DNA of 64,000 nt, from contig CM075988.1 of NCBI GenBank assembly GCA_038087875.1, forward strand, positions 21,268,001-21,332,000, written 5' to 3'. The position numbers and the translations under genes are program-made. The notes under the pieces were generated by a model. The model worked only from the letters and a program-made list of their open reading frames with translations. It had not been told where the DNA came from and did no database searches. Shown piece by piece: positions 51,241 through 63,711 of this stretch. Source of the stretch: Malacoraja senta. Lineage: Eukaryota. How positions within the stretch are numbered: the stretch's first letter is position 1; every line of letters begins with the position of its first letter.

Positions 51241-52087
51241 ATGACATTCTTACTTGCAGCAGCACGACAGATATGGAAACATAGTACTTGCAAAACCCAT
51301 AATAAACCAAACACTTCTATATCTATATAAATAAAAGCAAACTGACTAATAAACAATAATAATAAAAAAGATACAACATCTTAAACCTAGTAGTTCACAT
51401 TATTCAACTAGATACTTTAATGCAAGCAAATCTGGGAAAAACCCACATGTTATTTGATAAACATAGAATTAATTTAAATCCACTTTGAGGGTTTCAAGTC
51501 TTCTGTGTCTTGGGCACCTAAAGACTTATGACTGTGTTTGAAGCGCTGTATTTCCTGCTTTGGAATGGAAGTTAATAAAGAGTACAGCAGCTGCAGGAAG
51601 GGATGGGTATTATTCATGATCAAGTGTGTGGAGAAAATAGAAATAACATTTGTAATGATGGGAGCCCGAGGCAACGGATTTAAAAGAGGGCCCTTTCTTT
51701 GCAGTTATCTGCCGAAATCCAGCGTTCCGATGAAAGTCTCTTCTCTCTCTCTCATGATGATTGCAACAGTTCAAAACAAACAAGTTTTGGCTGGAGTCAG
51801 AAAACCCTGAGAAAAGAAGAGCCCACTGTAGAAATATTTATCATTTTGCAGCCACTCTTTGCCCTGCGGGTCAGTGCACAAAGCAGAAACATTATTCTGA
51901 ATTGTTTGGGGGCATTTCAAAGGAGAATGGACTGAAGGATGGGGAAGAATAGCCCTTTTCAGTAGAGGTCACTTGGTTTCCACTGGCGAGGATGGTTCAG
52001 GCTAAAACCACCCCTGTCCGTTTCTGCACAGCAAACCAGCCGACTTCAGAAAGTTCCCACAAAACTCTGCAGTTACTCTATGCCAAA

Positions 52088-52400
52088 TGGCGGCACAGCG
52101 GTAGCGTTGCTGCCTCACAGCGCCAGAGACCCGGGTTCGATCCCGACAACGGGTGCTGTCTGAACGGAGTTTGTATGTTCTCCCCGTGACCTGCGTTGGT
52201 TTTCTCCGAGATCTTCGGTTTCCTCCCACACTTTAAAAACTGACAGGTTTGTAGGTTAATTGGCTTGGTATAATTGTAAATTGTTCCTAGTGTGTGTGGG
52301 ATAGTGTTAGTGTGCGGGATCGCTGGTCGGTGCGGACTCGGTGGGCCAAAGGGCCTGTTTCCGCGCGGTATCTCTAAATGAAACCAAAACAAAACAAAAC
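52088..52400 (+). mobile_element. V-SINE (HE1-like), full length
   Basis: A/B boxes, V-domain and tail. Confidence 0.9.
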
Positions 52401-52456
52401 CATTCCTGGCACATTTCACATTTACAAGGAACAGTTGCGTACAATGCTGAGAACTA

Positions 52457-52885
52457 CAGCGCCCTCCATAATGTTTGGGACAAAGACCCATCATTTATTT
52501 ATTTGCCTCTGTACTCCACAATTTGAGATATGTAATAGAAAAAAAAATCACACGTGTTAAAATGCACATTGTCAGATTGTGGCCATTTTTATCCATTTTG
52601 GTTTCACCATGTAGAAATTACAGCTGTGTTTATACATAGTCCCCCCATTTCAGGGCACCATAATGTTTGGGACACATGGCTTCACAGGTGTTTGTAATTG
52701 CTCAGGTGTGTTTAATTGCCTCCTTAATGCAGGTATAAGAGAGCTCTCCGCACCTAGTCTTTCCTCCAGTCTTTCCATCACTTTGGAAACTTTTATTGCT
52801 GTTTATCAACACGAGGACCAAAGTTGTGCCAATGAAAGTCAAAGAAGCCATTATGAGACTGAGAAACAAGAATAAAACTGTTAGA
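52457..52885 (+). mobile_element. Tc1-like transposon left end (IR/DR type) and transposase N-terminus, cut by the gap
   Basis: TA|CAGCGCCCTCC; direct repeat CCATAATGTTTGGGACA at 52466 and 52658; frame (ACG at 52811)RTKVVPMKVKEAIMRLRNKNKTVR. Confidence 0.85.
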
Positions 52886-53085
52886 NNNNNNNNNNNNNNN
52901 NNNNNNNNNNNNNNNNNNNNNNNNNNNNNNNNNNNNNNNNNNNNNNNNNNNNNNNNNNNNNNNNNNNNNNNNNNNNNNNNNNNNNNNNNNNNNNNNNNNN
53001 NNNNNNNNNNNNNNNNNNNNNNNNNNNNNNNNNNNNNNNNNNNNNNNNNNNNNNNNNNNNNNNNNNNNNNNNNNNNNNNNNNNNN
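52886..53085. other. Assembly gap (200 N)
   Basis: Run of exactly 200 N. Confidence 1.
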
Positions 53086-53196
53086 AACTGAGGTCGAGAA
53101 CTATATTCTGCACTGGGTATCTTCCCCTTTGCTCTACCTATTGTACCTGAGATTGACTTGATTGTATATATGTACAGTATTAAATGATATGCTGCA

Positions 53197-53843
53197 GAGC
53201 ATGCAAAACAAAGCCTTTCACGATATCTCAGTACACGTGACAATAATAGTTTTGTTCATTGTCACATGTACCGAGGTACAGTGGAAATACAATACAAGAT
53301 TACAATCAAGCCATCCACAATGTACAGATACGGAAAAAAAGGAATAACGTTTAGTGCAAGATATAGTCCAGTAAAGTCTGATTAAAGATAGTCTGAGGGT
53401 CTCTAATAAAGTGGATGGGAGTTCAGGACCACGTTTATTATTAGGTAACAAACCTTAACCTTCATCTTCTCCGTTGAACCTTACTCAGCTCACCAAACGA
53501 GGAAGGATTTAGGATGCTTCTGGAGTGATCTGCACCTGGCAGAGTGAAAGGTACCAGAAGACGCATCGCTGCCCACAGCAGAAAGGGATTTATTCCCCCC
53601 GACATCTTTGCTAAGGACCGGCCTCCACCTCCAAGCACCCAGGATGTGAGCAAGTAGGCACAAAATGCTGGAGTAACTCAGGCTGCAACTCTGGAGAGAA
53701 GGAATGGGTGAAGTTTCGGGTCGAGTCTGAAGAAGGGTCTCGACCCGAAATGTCACCCATTCCATCTCTCCAGAGATGCTGCCTCACCCGCTGGGTTACT
53801 CCAGCATTTTGTGTCTACCTTCGATTTAAACCAGCATCTGCAG
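53197..53843 (+). repeat. Left copy of a ~650-bp inverted duplication
   Basis: Reverse complement of 57091-57742, including non-repeat sequence at ~53450-53655. Confidence 0.92.
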
Positions 53844-53907
53844 TGTTTTCCTTGCCCACAGACAACCATCGGGATCCAACACTTTGGTGCTGAAGGCACA
53901 AGGAACT

Positions 53908-54405
53908 GTAGACTCATTACCCACACCAAATCCTGGCACCACATCACCCCAGTTCTCAAAGAACTTCACTGGCTTCCCATTTCCCACCAGATCACCTACA
54001 AAATCCTGGTCCTCACCTACAAAGCCCTCAACAACCTGCCCCCCCCTTATCTCATTGACCTCCTCTCCCCCTACCAACCCTCACAGTCCCTCAGATCCAC
54101 ATCAGCTGGTCTCCTCTCCACTCCAAAATCAAACCTCTGCACTTTTGGAGGCAGAGCCTTCTCCAGGGCAGCTCCCAGGCTCTGGAATTCCCTCCCACAA
54201 CCGGTCCGAAATTCTGAGTCCCTCACCATCTTCCAGTCCCGCCTCAAGACCCATCTCTTCACCTCTGCATACCCTTAGTCCCATGTTCCCCTCCCCTCTG
54301 TCTTACTGCTCTATTTTGTTTTGTTTATTCCTGACTCTCAATTGTAAAGCGACTTTGAGTCTTGAAAAGCGCTATATAAATAAAATCTATTATTATTATT
54401 ATTAT
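53908..54405 (+). mobile_element. L2-type LINE 3' fragment
   Basis: HITPVLKELHWLPISHQITYKILVLTYKAL...GGRAFSRAAPRLWNSLP; AAAGCGCTATATAAATAAA-(TAT)n tail. Confidence 0.92.
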
Positions 54406-54674
54406 AGATGCTGGAATCTGGAGCAAAGCACAAAGTGCTGGAAGAGCTGTGGGGGAGCAGAACGACACGGTGGTGCAGCGGTGGAGTTGCTGCCTTACAG
54501 CGCAAGAGACTTTAGACTTTATTTTAGACTTTAATGGTGTAGCGCGGAAACTTGCCCTTTCGCCACCAAAACCACGCCGACCAGCAATCACCCCGTACAC
54601 TAGCACTATCCTACACACACTAGAGATAATTTACAATTTTTTATAACAGAAGCCAATTAACCTACAAGCTTGTA

Positions 54675-55106
54675 CAGAGCAGCTGGGCTTGTACACTCTG
54701 GAGTTTAGAAGGATGAGAGGGAATCTCATTGAGACATATAAGATTGTTAAGGGTTTGGACACGCTAGAGACAGGAAACATGTTCCCGATGTTGGGGGGGG
54801 AGTCCAGAACCAGGGGCCACAGTTTAAGAATAAGGAGTAAGCCATTTAGAACGGAGATGAGGAAACACTTTTTCTCACAGAGAGTGTGGAATTCTCTGCC
54901 TCAGAGAGCGGTGGAGGCAGGTTCTCTGGATGCTTTCAAGAGAGAGCTAGATAGGCTCTTAAAAATAGCGGAGTCAGGGGATATGGGGAGAAGGCAGGAA
55001 CAGGGTACTGATTGGGGATGATCAGCCATGATCACATTGAATGGCGGTGCTGGCTCCAAGGGCCGAATGGCCTACTCCTGCACCTATTGTCTATTGTCTA
55101 TTGTCT
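54675..55106 (+). mobile_element. CR1-type LINE 3' fragment inside a V-SINE
   Basis: LYTLEFRRMRGNLIETYKIVKGLD...; (TCTATTG)n tail. Confidence 0.9.
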
Positions 55107-55459
55107 TTGGAGTGTGGGAGGAAACCGTAGCACCCGTGGAAAACCCACGCGGTTCGGGGAGAACGCAAAACATCGTATAGTCAGCACCCGTAGTCAGGAT
55201 CGAAGCCTATAAGGCAGCAACTTTACCGCTACGTCACCATGCTGCCTGTCACAATAGGTTAGATCCAAACAGAATTGGATTCCCTGTCCACGAAGACATT
55301 CTTGAACCGAGTTTATTCTTCCAACAGTTCAGTGTTTTTGCATTCGCAAAATTAGTTTTAATTACAATTATGAATATTTGAGGATTAAATGTCATTTATG
55401 GCAGCATCCGACCAAGAATTCTGTTGCACATCCCAAGAACTTTTACCGCCAATCAAACA

Positions 55460-56538
55460 CAGGTGCACCACCGGTTTTCCGGCATCCTTGGTTCCAGAGT
55501 CTTTCTGGATTATCCGTTTTGCCGGACCAACAGAGGTCACGGCCTCCGAGAGTAGTCCGTCCAATGGCACCAGAATGGTTCGGTGTTACAAGAGAACAGG
55601 TTCAAGGATCTGACTGGTAGAACATAGAAAGGCTCACCCTTCAGTTTAGTTGCAAATCAGATTTATTGGCAAGAGAGAGAACAAAACAACCCCTGTCTCG
55701 GTATGCATGGGCCCATTATACAGCAGCACATCTCCCACCCTCCCTGCCTCTGTCCGCGGTGCTGATCGCTACCCAGCCCGTTGGCGAACCCTTCTCCTAC
55801 AAGAACTAACTCATGGTTTACCGGCACAAATCAGTTGTTGAAATAACCGCCGTTAAGTCCTGGCCGATAGCGCCACTTCCAAATTCAAACTGCAACCAAG
55901 GTCAAGGGGCCTGCATCAGAGCAAGACCCCCCCCCCCCCCCTGCAAACTAAGCGCTACCGGCCGCAGAATTGGCACGCAAAGGTTTAAACACAGCGCTGT
56001 TGGCCACAGAGCTATCACAATCACAATCAGTTTTATTCGTCACGTGCAAGTGAAATGAATTTGCCAGCAGCGGTACAATGAAAAAAAAACACACAAAAAC
56101 ACAATAAGAATTGAACATAAACATCCACCACAGCATTCATCACTGTGGTGGAAGGCACAATCACCCTTTAAACATAGCACTAACAGCCACAGCACTATGA
56201 GTCATGGACTGTTTGCGCCAAACTCTTATTGCATCTGCCTAGGCCGCCGTGGGCCCGAGATATTGGACCGCAAAGTCAATCTCAGAAGTCGGCTACGGGG
56301 ATGGATCTGCCGGCTCCGTCCGGGCCGGAGTTCCAGAGCCCCGGCTGCGGGGGGGAAATTCGACCCACGATCGGCCGCGGAAGTCCTGATGAGGTCGAGA
56401 TCTGCCGCCTCACCCGGACTAGGCGCCACATTTTAGGGGGGGGGAATTCCAGGGGGATTTCATGTGCGCTCCCATAATTTTGTCCGGAGTAAAGGAGGTG
56501 CCGGTCCACTAGTTCCCGGAAAATCGGTGGTGTACTTT
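55460..56538. mobile_element. Possible old TIR element (pogo/Tigger-like ends)
   Basis: Imperfect TIR CAGGTGCACCACCGGTTTTCCGG vs CCGGAAAATCGGTGGTGTACTTT; no clean TA TSD. Confidence 0.4.
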
Positions 56539-57090
56539 GGAATTAGAACCATTATGGTGATATTTAGACATTGGCAGCCAATTTGCCTTTGGGCAACACT
56601 GAGGTAACACCTTTCTTTGTTTTGTTTTGGTTCGGGATAAATATTAGTAAAGACTTTGCAAAGACCATTTAATGCTAGCTTAGAGTTTATGCCTGAGCCT
56701 CGGAAGTGAGACCAGAATTATTCAACTTTTAACTTAGACAAGAATTAATCTCCTTATGAAAAAAAATCTGCAAATCTTCCGAAACTTTTGGCACTGACGT
56801 ATGGGAGGTGTCACCTCACTTCAGATGTGGGGTGACCACAGAGTTCTTGCAAATGCCACTACCGAGCGGGAAATTACCACATTACCATTTGATTCATTGT
56901 TGTTTTCAACCCAATGCTTCATACGTTGCCCCACCAATCAACGCTATTTCAGGACAAGATTCGACATATTGTTGCCTTCAACAATGATGACTGTGGCCCC
57001 AAAAAATCTAATTTTTACCCACTTCTGATAATACTCTGGTTCAAGACACTTTGGTGATCCAACAGTCCAGATATCCTGTGTAAGAAAGAA

Positions 57091-57742
57091 CTGCAGATGC
57101 TGGTTTAAATCGAAGGTAGACACAAAATGCTGGAGTAACTCAGCGGGTGAGGCAGCATCTCTCTGGAGAGAAGGAATGGGTGACATTTCGGTTCAAGACC
57201 CTTCTACAGACTCGACACGAAACTTCACCCATTCCTTCTCTCCAGAGATGCAGCCTGAGTTACTCCAGCATTTTGTGCCTACTTGCTCACATCCTGGGTG
57301 CTTGGAGGTGGAGGCCGGTCCTTAGCAAAGATGTCGGGGGGAATAAATCCCTTTCTGCTGTGGGCAGCGATGCGTCTTCTGGTATCTTTCACTCTGCCAG
57401 GTTGCAGATCACTCCAGAAGCATCCTAAATCCTTCCTCGTTTGGCGAGCTGAGTAAGGTTCAACGGAGAAGATCAAGGTTAAGGTTTGTTACCTAATAAT
57501 AAACCTGGTCCTGAACTCCCGTCCACTTTATTAGAGACCCTCACACTATCTTTAATCAGACTTTACTGGACTATATCTTGCACTAAACGTTATTCCTTTT
57601 TTTTCCGTATCTGTACATTGTGGATGGCTTGATTGTAATCTTGTATTGTATTTCCATTGTACCTCGGTACATGTGACAATGAACAAAACTATTATTGTCA
57701 CGTGTACTGAGATATCGTGAAAGGCTTTGTTTTGCATGCTCT
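57091..57742 (-). repeat. Right copy of the ~650-bp inverted duplication
   Basis: Reverse complement of 53197-53843 with scattered substitutions. Confidence 0.92.
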
Positions 57743-57744
57743 AA

Positions 57745-58545
57745 GCTCACCGAGACCCCATCACCGCACTCTTAATAAACTCACCAGGCCCCCATTTCTT
57801 CCTCCTAATAAATTCACTGAGACGCCAGTCCCACATTCCTTAAACTCACTGGGATCCCATTCCCACTCTCTCTAAACTTACTGAGACCCCTATTTCTACC
57901 TCCTAATAATCTCGGCAGGACTCCGTTTCTATGTGCTAAGTAACTCAGACACCATTCCTACATATCTAATAAACTCACCGGGAAACTGTTCCCAAATTCT
58001 CCCTATACTCAACGCAACCTCTTTATTACCCCCTAATAAACTCAGAGACCCCATTCCCAAACTTCTAATAAACTCACTGGTATCCCATTTCTATCTCCTA
58101 GTAAACTAACCCGGACCCCATTCTCATACTCCCGAAACTCACTGAGATCTCATTATCCCCACTCCCTCTAAACTCGTAGGAAGGAACAGCAGATGCTGGT
58201 TTAATACGAAGATAGACACAAAATGCTGGAGTAACTCAGCGGGACAGGCAGCATCTCTGGAGAGAAGGAATGGGTGACGTTTCGGGTCGAGACCCTTCTT
58301 CAGTCTGATCAGTCTGTAGAAAGGTCTCGACCCAAAACGTCACTCATTCCTTCTCTCCAGAGATGCTGCCTGTCCCGCTGAGTTACTCCAGCGTTTTGTG
58401 TCTATCACCCTCCAAACACGCCAGGTTCCCATTCCCACACTCCTAATAAACTAACCGGGACCCGGTTCCCACTCTCCCTGTTCCCACATTCCTTTGGATC
58501 TCACCGGGTTTTCTTTCCCGCACTCTTTAAACTCACCTGGTCCAT
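57745..58545. repeat. Degenerate ~33-35-bp minisatellite (CTAATAAACTCACnGGGACCCCATTCCCAC), split by a PLE foldback at ~58175-58405
   Basis: Recurring TAAACTCAC...CCCATT motifs. Confidence 0.75.
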
Positions 58546-59109
58546 TGACAAATGTGTTGTGATACGGTACAGACAGCCGGGGAACATAAAAATGAAGACG
58601 GGGCATTAATAAACCCAGAAGTCCAGAAAATCTGCCAGCCTGCATTACGAGAGTCCCAAGCAGGCGAGACGGTGAGACTCACTGTACATTGTGGGAGTGA
58701 ATGAATCCATATCCCAGGTCACAATGCTTAGTAATCGATGCTGTGCCTGAGGCCCACCGCGCTCCCTGCTTTGCCTTGCACATCTAAATGAGGCTATTAG
58801 CAAGGCCATTTAAGACTGAGATGAGGAAAAACGTTTTCACCCAGAGAGTTGTGAATCGGTGGAATTCTCTGCCCCAGAAGGCAGTTGAGGCCAAATCACT
58901 GGGGGGTTTTCAAGAGAGTGTTAGATTTAGGTCTTAGGGCTAACGGAATCAAGGGATATGGGGATAAAGCAGGAAATGGGTACAGATTTTGGATGATCAG
59001 CCATGATCATATTGAATGGCGGTGCTGGCTCGAAGGGCCGAATGGCCTCCTCCTGCACCTATTTTTTGTTTCTATGCCAAGACAACCAGAACGATGATTA
59101 GCTGTACTG

Positions 59110-59430
59110 CGGACTTTGGACTTTAATTTAGACTTTGGACAGCGCGGAAACAGGCCCTTCGGCCCACCGGGTCCGCGCCGACCAGCGATCACCCCGTACA
59201 CTAGCACTATCCTACACACACTGGGGGACAATCTACAATGTTTACCAAAGCCAATTAACCTACAAACCCACATGTCTTTGAAGCGTGGGAGGAAACCGGA
59301 GCACCCGGAGGAAACCCGTGCGGTCAGGGGGAGAACGTGCAAACTCCGCACAGACAGCACCCGTGGTCAGGACCGAACCCGGGTCCCTGGCGCTGTGAGG
59401 CAGCAACTCTACCGCTGCGCTGCCGTGCCA
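59110..59430 (-). mobile_element. V-SINE (HE1-like), full length
   Basis: A/B boxes, V-domain and tail on minus. Confidence 0.9.
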
Positions 59431-60364
59431 ACAGTAAGCAGATTGATTCGGCAGTGGACACAGAAGTGGTCACATTGTACTTCCCACATATTAATTTCTG
59501 TGATGGGTTTTTGGCAAGGAATTTTAAAATGTTTGATGATGTCCCAACAAAGAAGTGAAAATAAATGTGTACATCAATTTGCTCATAATAACCAAGAGAA
59601 TCTGTTCTGTACCAAATCACAAACATAAAATAATGTTTTTACATGTGAGTTTATTGTTTGCGGGATACAGCATGGAAACAGGCCCTTTAATCCACTCAGT
59701 CCTTGCTGACCATGGATCACGTCCTCACGCTCCTTCTGAACCTTCTGAATTTTGTAGTCGGGCAGGGCAGTACGTCTTTGGAGTGTGGGAGGAAACCGAA
59801 GATCTCGGAGAAAACCCACGCAGATCACGGGGAGAACGTACAAACTCCGTACAGACAGCACCCGTAGTCGGGATCGAACCGGGTCTCTGGCGCTGCATTT
59901 TGCTGTAAGGCAGCAACTCTACCACTGGGCCACCGTGACTGACCTGAACCATTGGATAATTGAATTCTATATTATCCCACATTCTCATCCACTCCCTACG
60001 CGTTAGAGACAATTTACAGAGGCCAATTAACCTACAAACCCGCACGTCTTTGGGATGTGGGAGGAAACCGGAGCACCTGGAGGAAATCCACAGGGAGAAC
60101 ATGCGAACTCCGAATAGACAGCACACCCTAGCTCAGTTTGAACCTGAGTCTCTGGCGCTGTGAGCTGGCAGCTCCACCAGCTGTGCCACTACTAAGCATA
60201 TTTTCCATATTTCCAGTAGGTTTTCCATCCAGGTATTTATTTTGTGACTTTGTCAGCACCCGCCCTTTGCCTGGCGAGTATTTGCATACCCAAGGCATGC
60301 AAGCAAGGAAATTCACTGTGACTTGTCACATGTGACAATAAAGTATTCAATTCAATTCAATTCA

Positions 60365-61385
60365 GGGATCAGATTCGGGGACAGTTTCTTCCCAGCTGTT
60401 ATCAGGCGACTGAATCATTCAACCACAACCAGAGAGCAGTGTTTGAGAAGGAACTGCAGATGCTGGTAGACAAAAAAGTAGACAAAAATGCTGGATAAAC
60501 TCAGCGGGTGCAGCAGCATCTATGGAGCGAAGGAAATAGGCAACGTTTGGCTATTTAGAAACATAGAAACATAGAAACATAGAAATTAGGTGCAGGAGTA
60601 GGCCATTCGGCCCTTCGAGCCTGCACCGCCATTCAATATGATCATGGCTGATCATCCAACTCAGTATCCCGTACCTGCCTTCTCTCCATACCCTCTGATC
60701 CCTTTAGCCACAAGGGCCACATCTAGCTCCCTCTTAAATATAGCCAATGAACTGGCCTCGACTACCTCTGTGGCAGAGAGGTTCCAGAGATTCACCACTC
60801 TCTGTGTGAAAAAAGTTCTTCTCATCTCGGTTTTAAAGGATTTCCCCCTTATCCTTAAGCTGTGACCCCTTGTCCTGGACTTCCCCAACATCGGGAGCAA
60901 TCTTCCTGCATCTAGCCTGTCCAACCCCTTAAGAATTTTGTAAGTTTCTATAAGATCCCCTCTCAATCTCCTAAATTCTAGTGAGTATAAACCAAGTCTA
61001 TCCAGTCTTTCTTCATAAGACAGTCCTGACATCCCAGGAATCAGTCTGGTGAACCTTCTCTGCACTCCCTCTATGGCACTCCATCTATTTCCTTCGCTCC
61101 ATAGATGCTGCTGCACCCGCTGAGTTTATCCAGCATTTTTGTCTACCAGAGAGCAGTGCTGAACTACTATCTACCTCTCGATGACCTTTGGACTATCCTT
61201 GATCGGACTTGTGCTGGCTTTACCTTGCACTAAACGTTATTCCCTTATCATGTATCTATCCACTGTAAGTGGATCGACTGTAATCATGTGTTGTCTTTCC
61301 GCTGACTGGTTGGCACGCAACAAAAGCTTTTCACTGTACCTCGGTACACGTGACCATGAACTAAACTGAGACTGAATTCAATTCA
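60365..61385 (+). mobile_element. Rex1-like LINE 3' end interrupted by a PLE foldback (60442-61145)
   Basis: RFGDSFFPAVIRRLN; UTR resumes after the 13-bp TSD CCAGAGAGCAGTG (60429-60441, 61146-61158). Confidence 0.8.
60557..61078 (-). mobile_element. CR1-type LINE 3' fragment nested in the PLE foldback
   Basis: AIEGVQRRFTRLIPGMSGLSYEERLDRLGLYSLEFRRLRGDL...; CTATTT on both sides. Confidence 0.92.
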
Positions 61386-62019
61386 TGTTCTCAGGGAATT
61401 TTGGTGTTGCAATTAAAAGAAAAGTTCTTCTTTAATCTTTTTACAATATTCTAATCCTGATTCCAAGCATATCTAAAACAAATAAAGATATAAATGAAAA
61501 TGTAGATAATAAATGTGAATAAAACAATTGGGTCTGCGAAGTAAATGTGCACCTGCCCAGACATGATATCATCTTTAGTCATGTTCCCTATGGAGTTGTC
61601 TCCTGGTTTTGAACCACCATTGTAATTAAGGCTGGCTGTTTCAGGTTCCCTAGCCTTCCCTGGTGAAGTCATTACACCCTAATGGGTGACACGGTGGCAC
61701 AGCAGTAGCCTTGCTGCTTCACGGAAGGCAACTCTCATAGATCGTAGAAAGGCACCAACCCAATAAAGTTATGGACTCCCATTGTTGGTTTATATTTTGC
61801 AGTGATACAGTGTGGAAACAGGCCCTTCGCCCACCGAGTCCAAACTGACCATCGATCACCCGCGCACACTCCTGAAATTGCCCTTGAAATTTTGCAGATA
61901 GGTCCAAAATGTTCAATGAAATGTTCTACATAATAAAGGCAGACCAACCTTGAGTTTTCCGATTCCTTCATGTGGACAGTAAGATGATATTCAGGGTTCT
62001 TGTTTTTAACCATACTTTC

Positions 62020-62439
62020 CTCCTCTATGTCTACAAAGCCCTCAATGGGCTTGCCCCCACCTACATAAAAAGTCTTCTCTGCCCCTACCACTCCACCTCC
62101 AGGCCCCTCAGATCGGCCGACTTGGGGTTGCTGAATATCCCACGGTCTAGGCATAAGCTCAGGGGCGACCGCGCCTTTGCAGTTGCAGCCCCTAGACTGT
62201 GGAACAGCATCCCCCTTCCCATCAGAACTGCCCCCTCCATCGACTCTTTTAAGTCAAGACTAAAAACTTATCTATACTCCCAAGCCTTTCCTGACGTCCT
62301 CTGAGTGAGGGCTACATGTATATATGTATGTAGTTTGTTTGTTTATACTATTCTTATAACAAATGTAAAGCACTTTGGCCAATGAGAGTTGTTTTTTAAA
62401 TGTGCTATATAAATAAATGTGACTTGACTTGACTTGACT
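62020..62439 (+). mobile_element. L2-type LINE 3' fragment
   Basis: LLYVYKALNGLAPTYI...GDRAFAVAAPRLWNSIP..FKSRLKTYLY; (GACTT)n tail. Confidence 0.92.
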
Positions 62440-62894
62440 ATACATTTGGGGGCAATTCATCGAAGCCAATTAGCCTACAAACCTGCACGTCTTTGGACTG
62501 TGGGAGAAAAACCGGAGCACCCGGAGAAAGCCCACGCAGGTCACGGGAAGGACACACAAACACAGCACAGAGAGGACTCACAGTCAGGATCGAAGCTGGG
62601 TTTCTGGCATTGTGAGGCAGCAGCTCTACCCGCTGCGCCACTGAGCCGCACATTATCTGAAAAATGGAAAGGCAGAGTCGTGTTAATGTGAAATCAGAGT
62701 CTGAAATTGTCCTTGAAAGTTTGCGGATAGGGCCAAAATGTTCAATGAAATGTTTTAAATAATAAAGGCAGACCAACCTTGAGTTTTCCGATTCCTTTAT
62801 GTGGACAGTAAGATGATATTCAGGGTTCTTTTTTTTAACCATACTTTTCTCCATGCTGATTCATATCTTTCTAAATATTAAGTTCTAGTTACAA

Positions 62895-63105
62895 CTGTGT
62901 AGGAAGGAACTACAGATTCTGGTTTACACCGAAGATAGACACAAAATGCTGGAGTAACTCAGCGGGACAGACTGCATCTCTGGAGAGAAGGAATGGGTGA
63001 CGTTCCGAATCAAGACTGAAGAAGGTTCTCGACCCGAAACGTCACCCATTCCTTCTCTCCAGAGATGCCTCCTGTCCCGCTGAGTTCCTCCGGCGGTTTG
63101 TGTAT
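62895..63105. mobile_element. Penelope-derived foldback element
   Basis: Inverted arms; central CTGAAGAAGGTTCTCGACCCGAAACGTC. Confidence 0.78.
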
Positions 63106-63711
63106 TTAACACTGGTCTCTTAACATTTAACATTCGCTTTCTGAATTTATAACTAAAATTTGCCTTCAGAAAAAACCCCAAAATATAATCAGAGATTGTT
63201 AGAATTGTTCAGCTGGGCAGGGAGAGGGAATGAAGAGTTTTAACACCAGATGAATATTGAGATGATAGAAACATAGAAACATAGAAAAAAGGTGCAGGAG
63301 TTGGTCATTCGGCCCTTCGAGCCTGCACCGCCATTCAATATGATCATGGCTGATCATCCAACTCAGTATCCTGTACCTGCCTTCTCTCCCTTTAGCCACA
63401 TGATGATCTAACATGCACGCTAAGTACTCAAACTTAACATGGAGCAGGAACTAACGGCAGTGTATTGAATTAACTTCATTTTTCTGCATGGCTAACGATG
63501 TTTCTTGGTTTTAATTGAAGTTTCTACAGTTCTTCCTTCATTGGAATGCTGTAATGAAGTTTGACTTTTGAATTAATTGTGGAAATCAATAAAAAATAAA
63601 CGGGAGGAGATTTGGCGGATAATATATTCGAAGGTTGCAGGAGAGGTTGTTGAATCTCAGCTCTGCCACATTGGAGGCATTTTGGCCGAAGAAATCTCTG
63701 TCAGAATTGTC

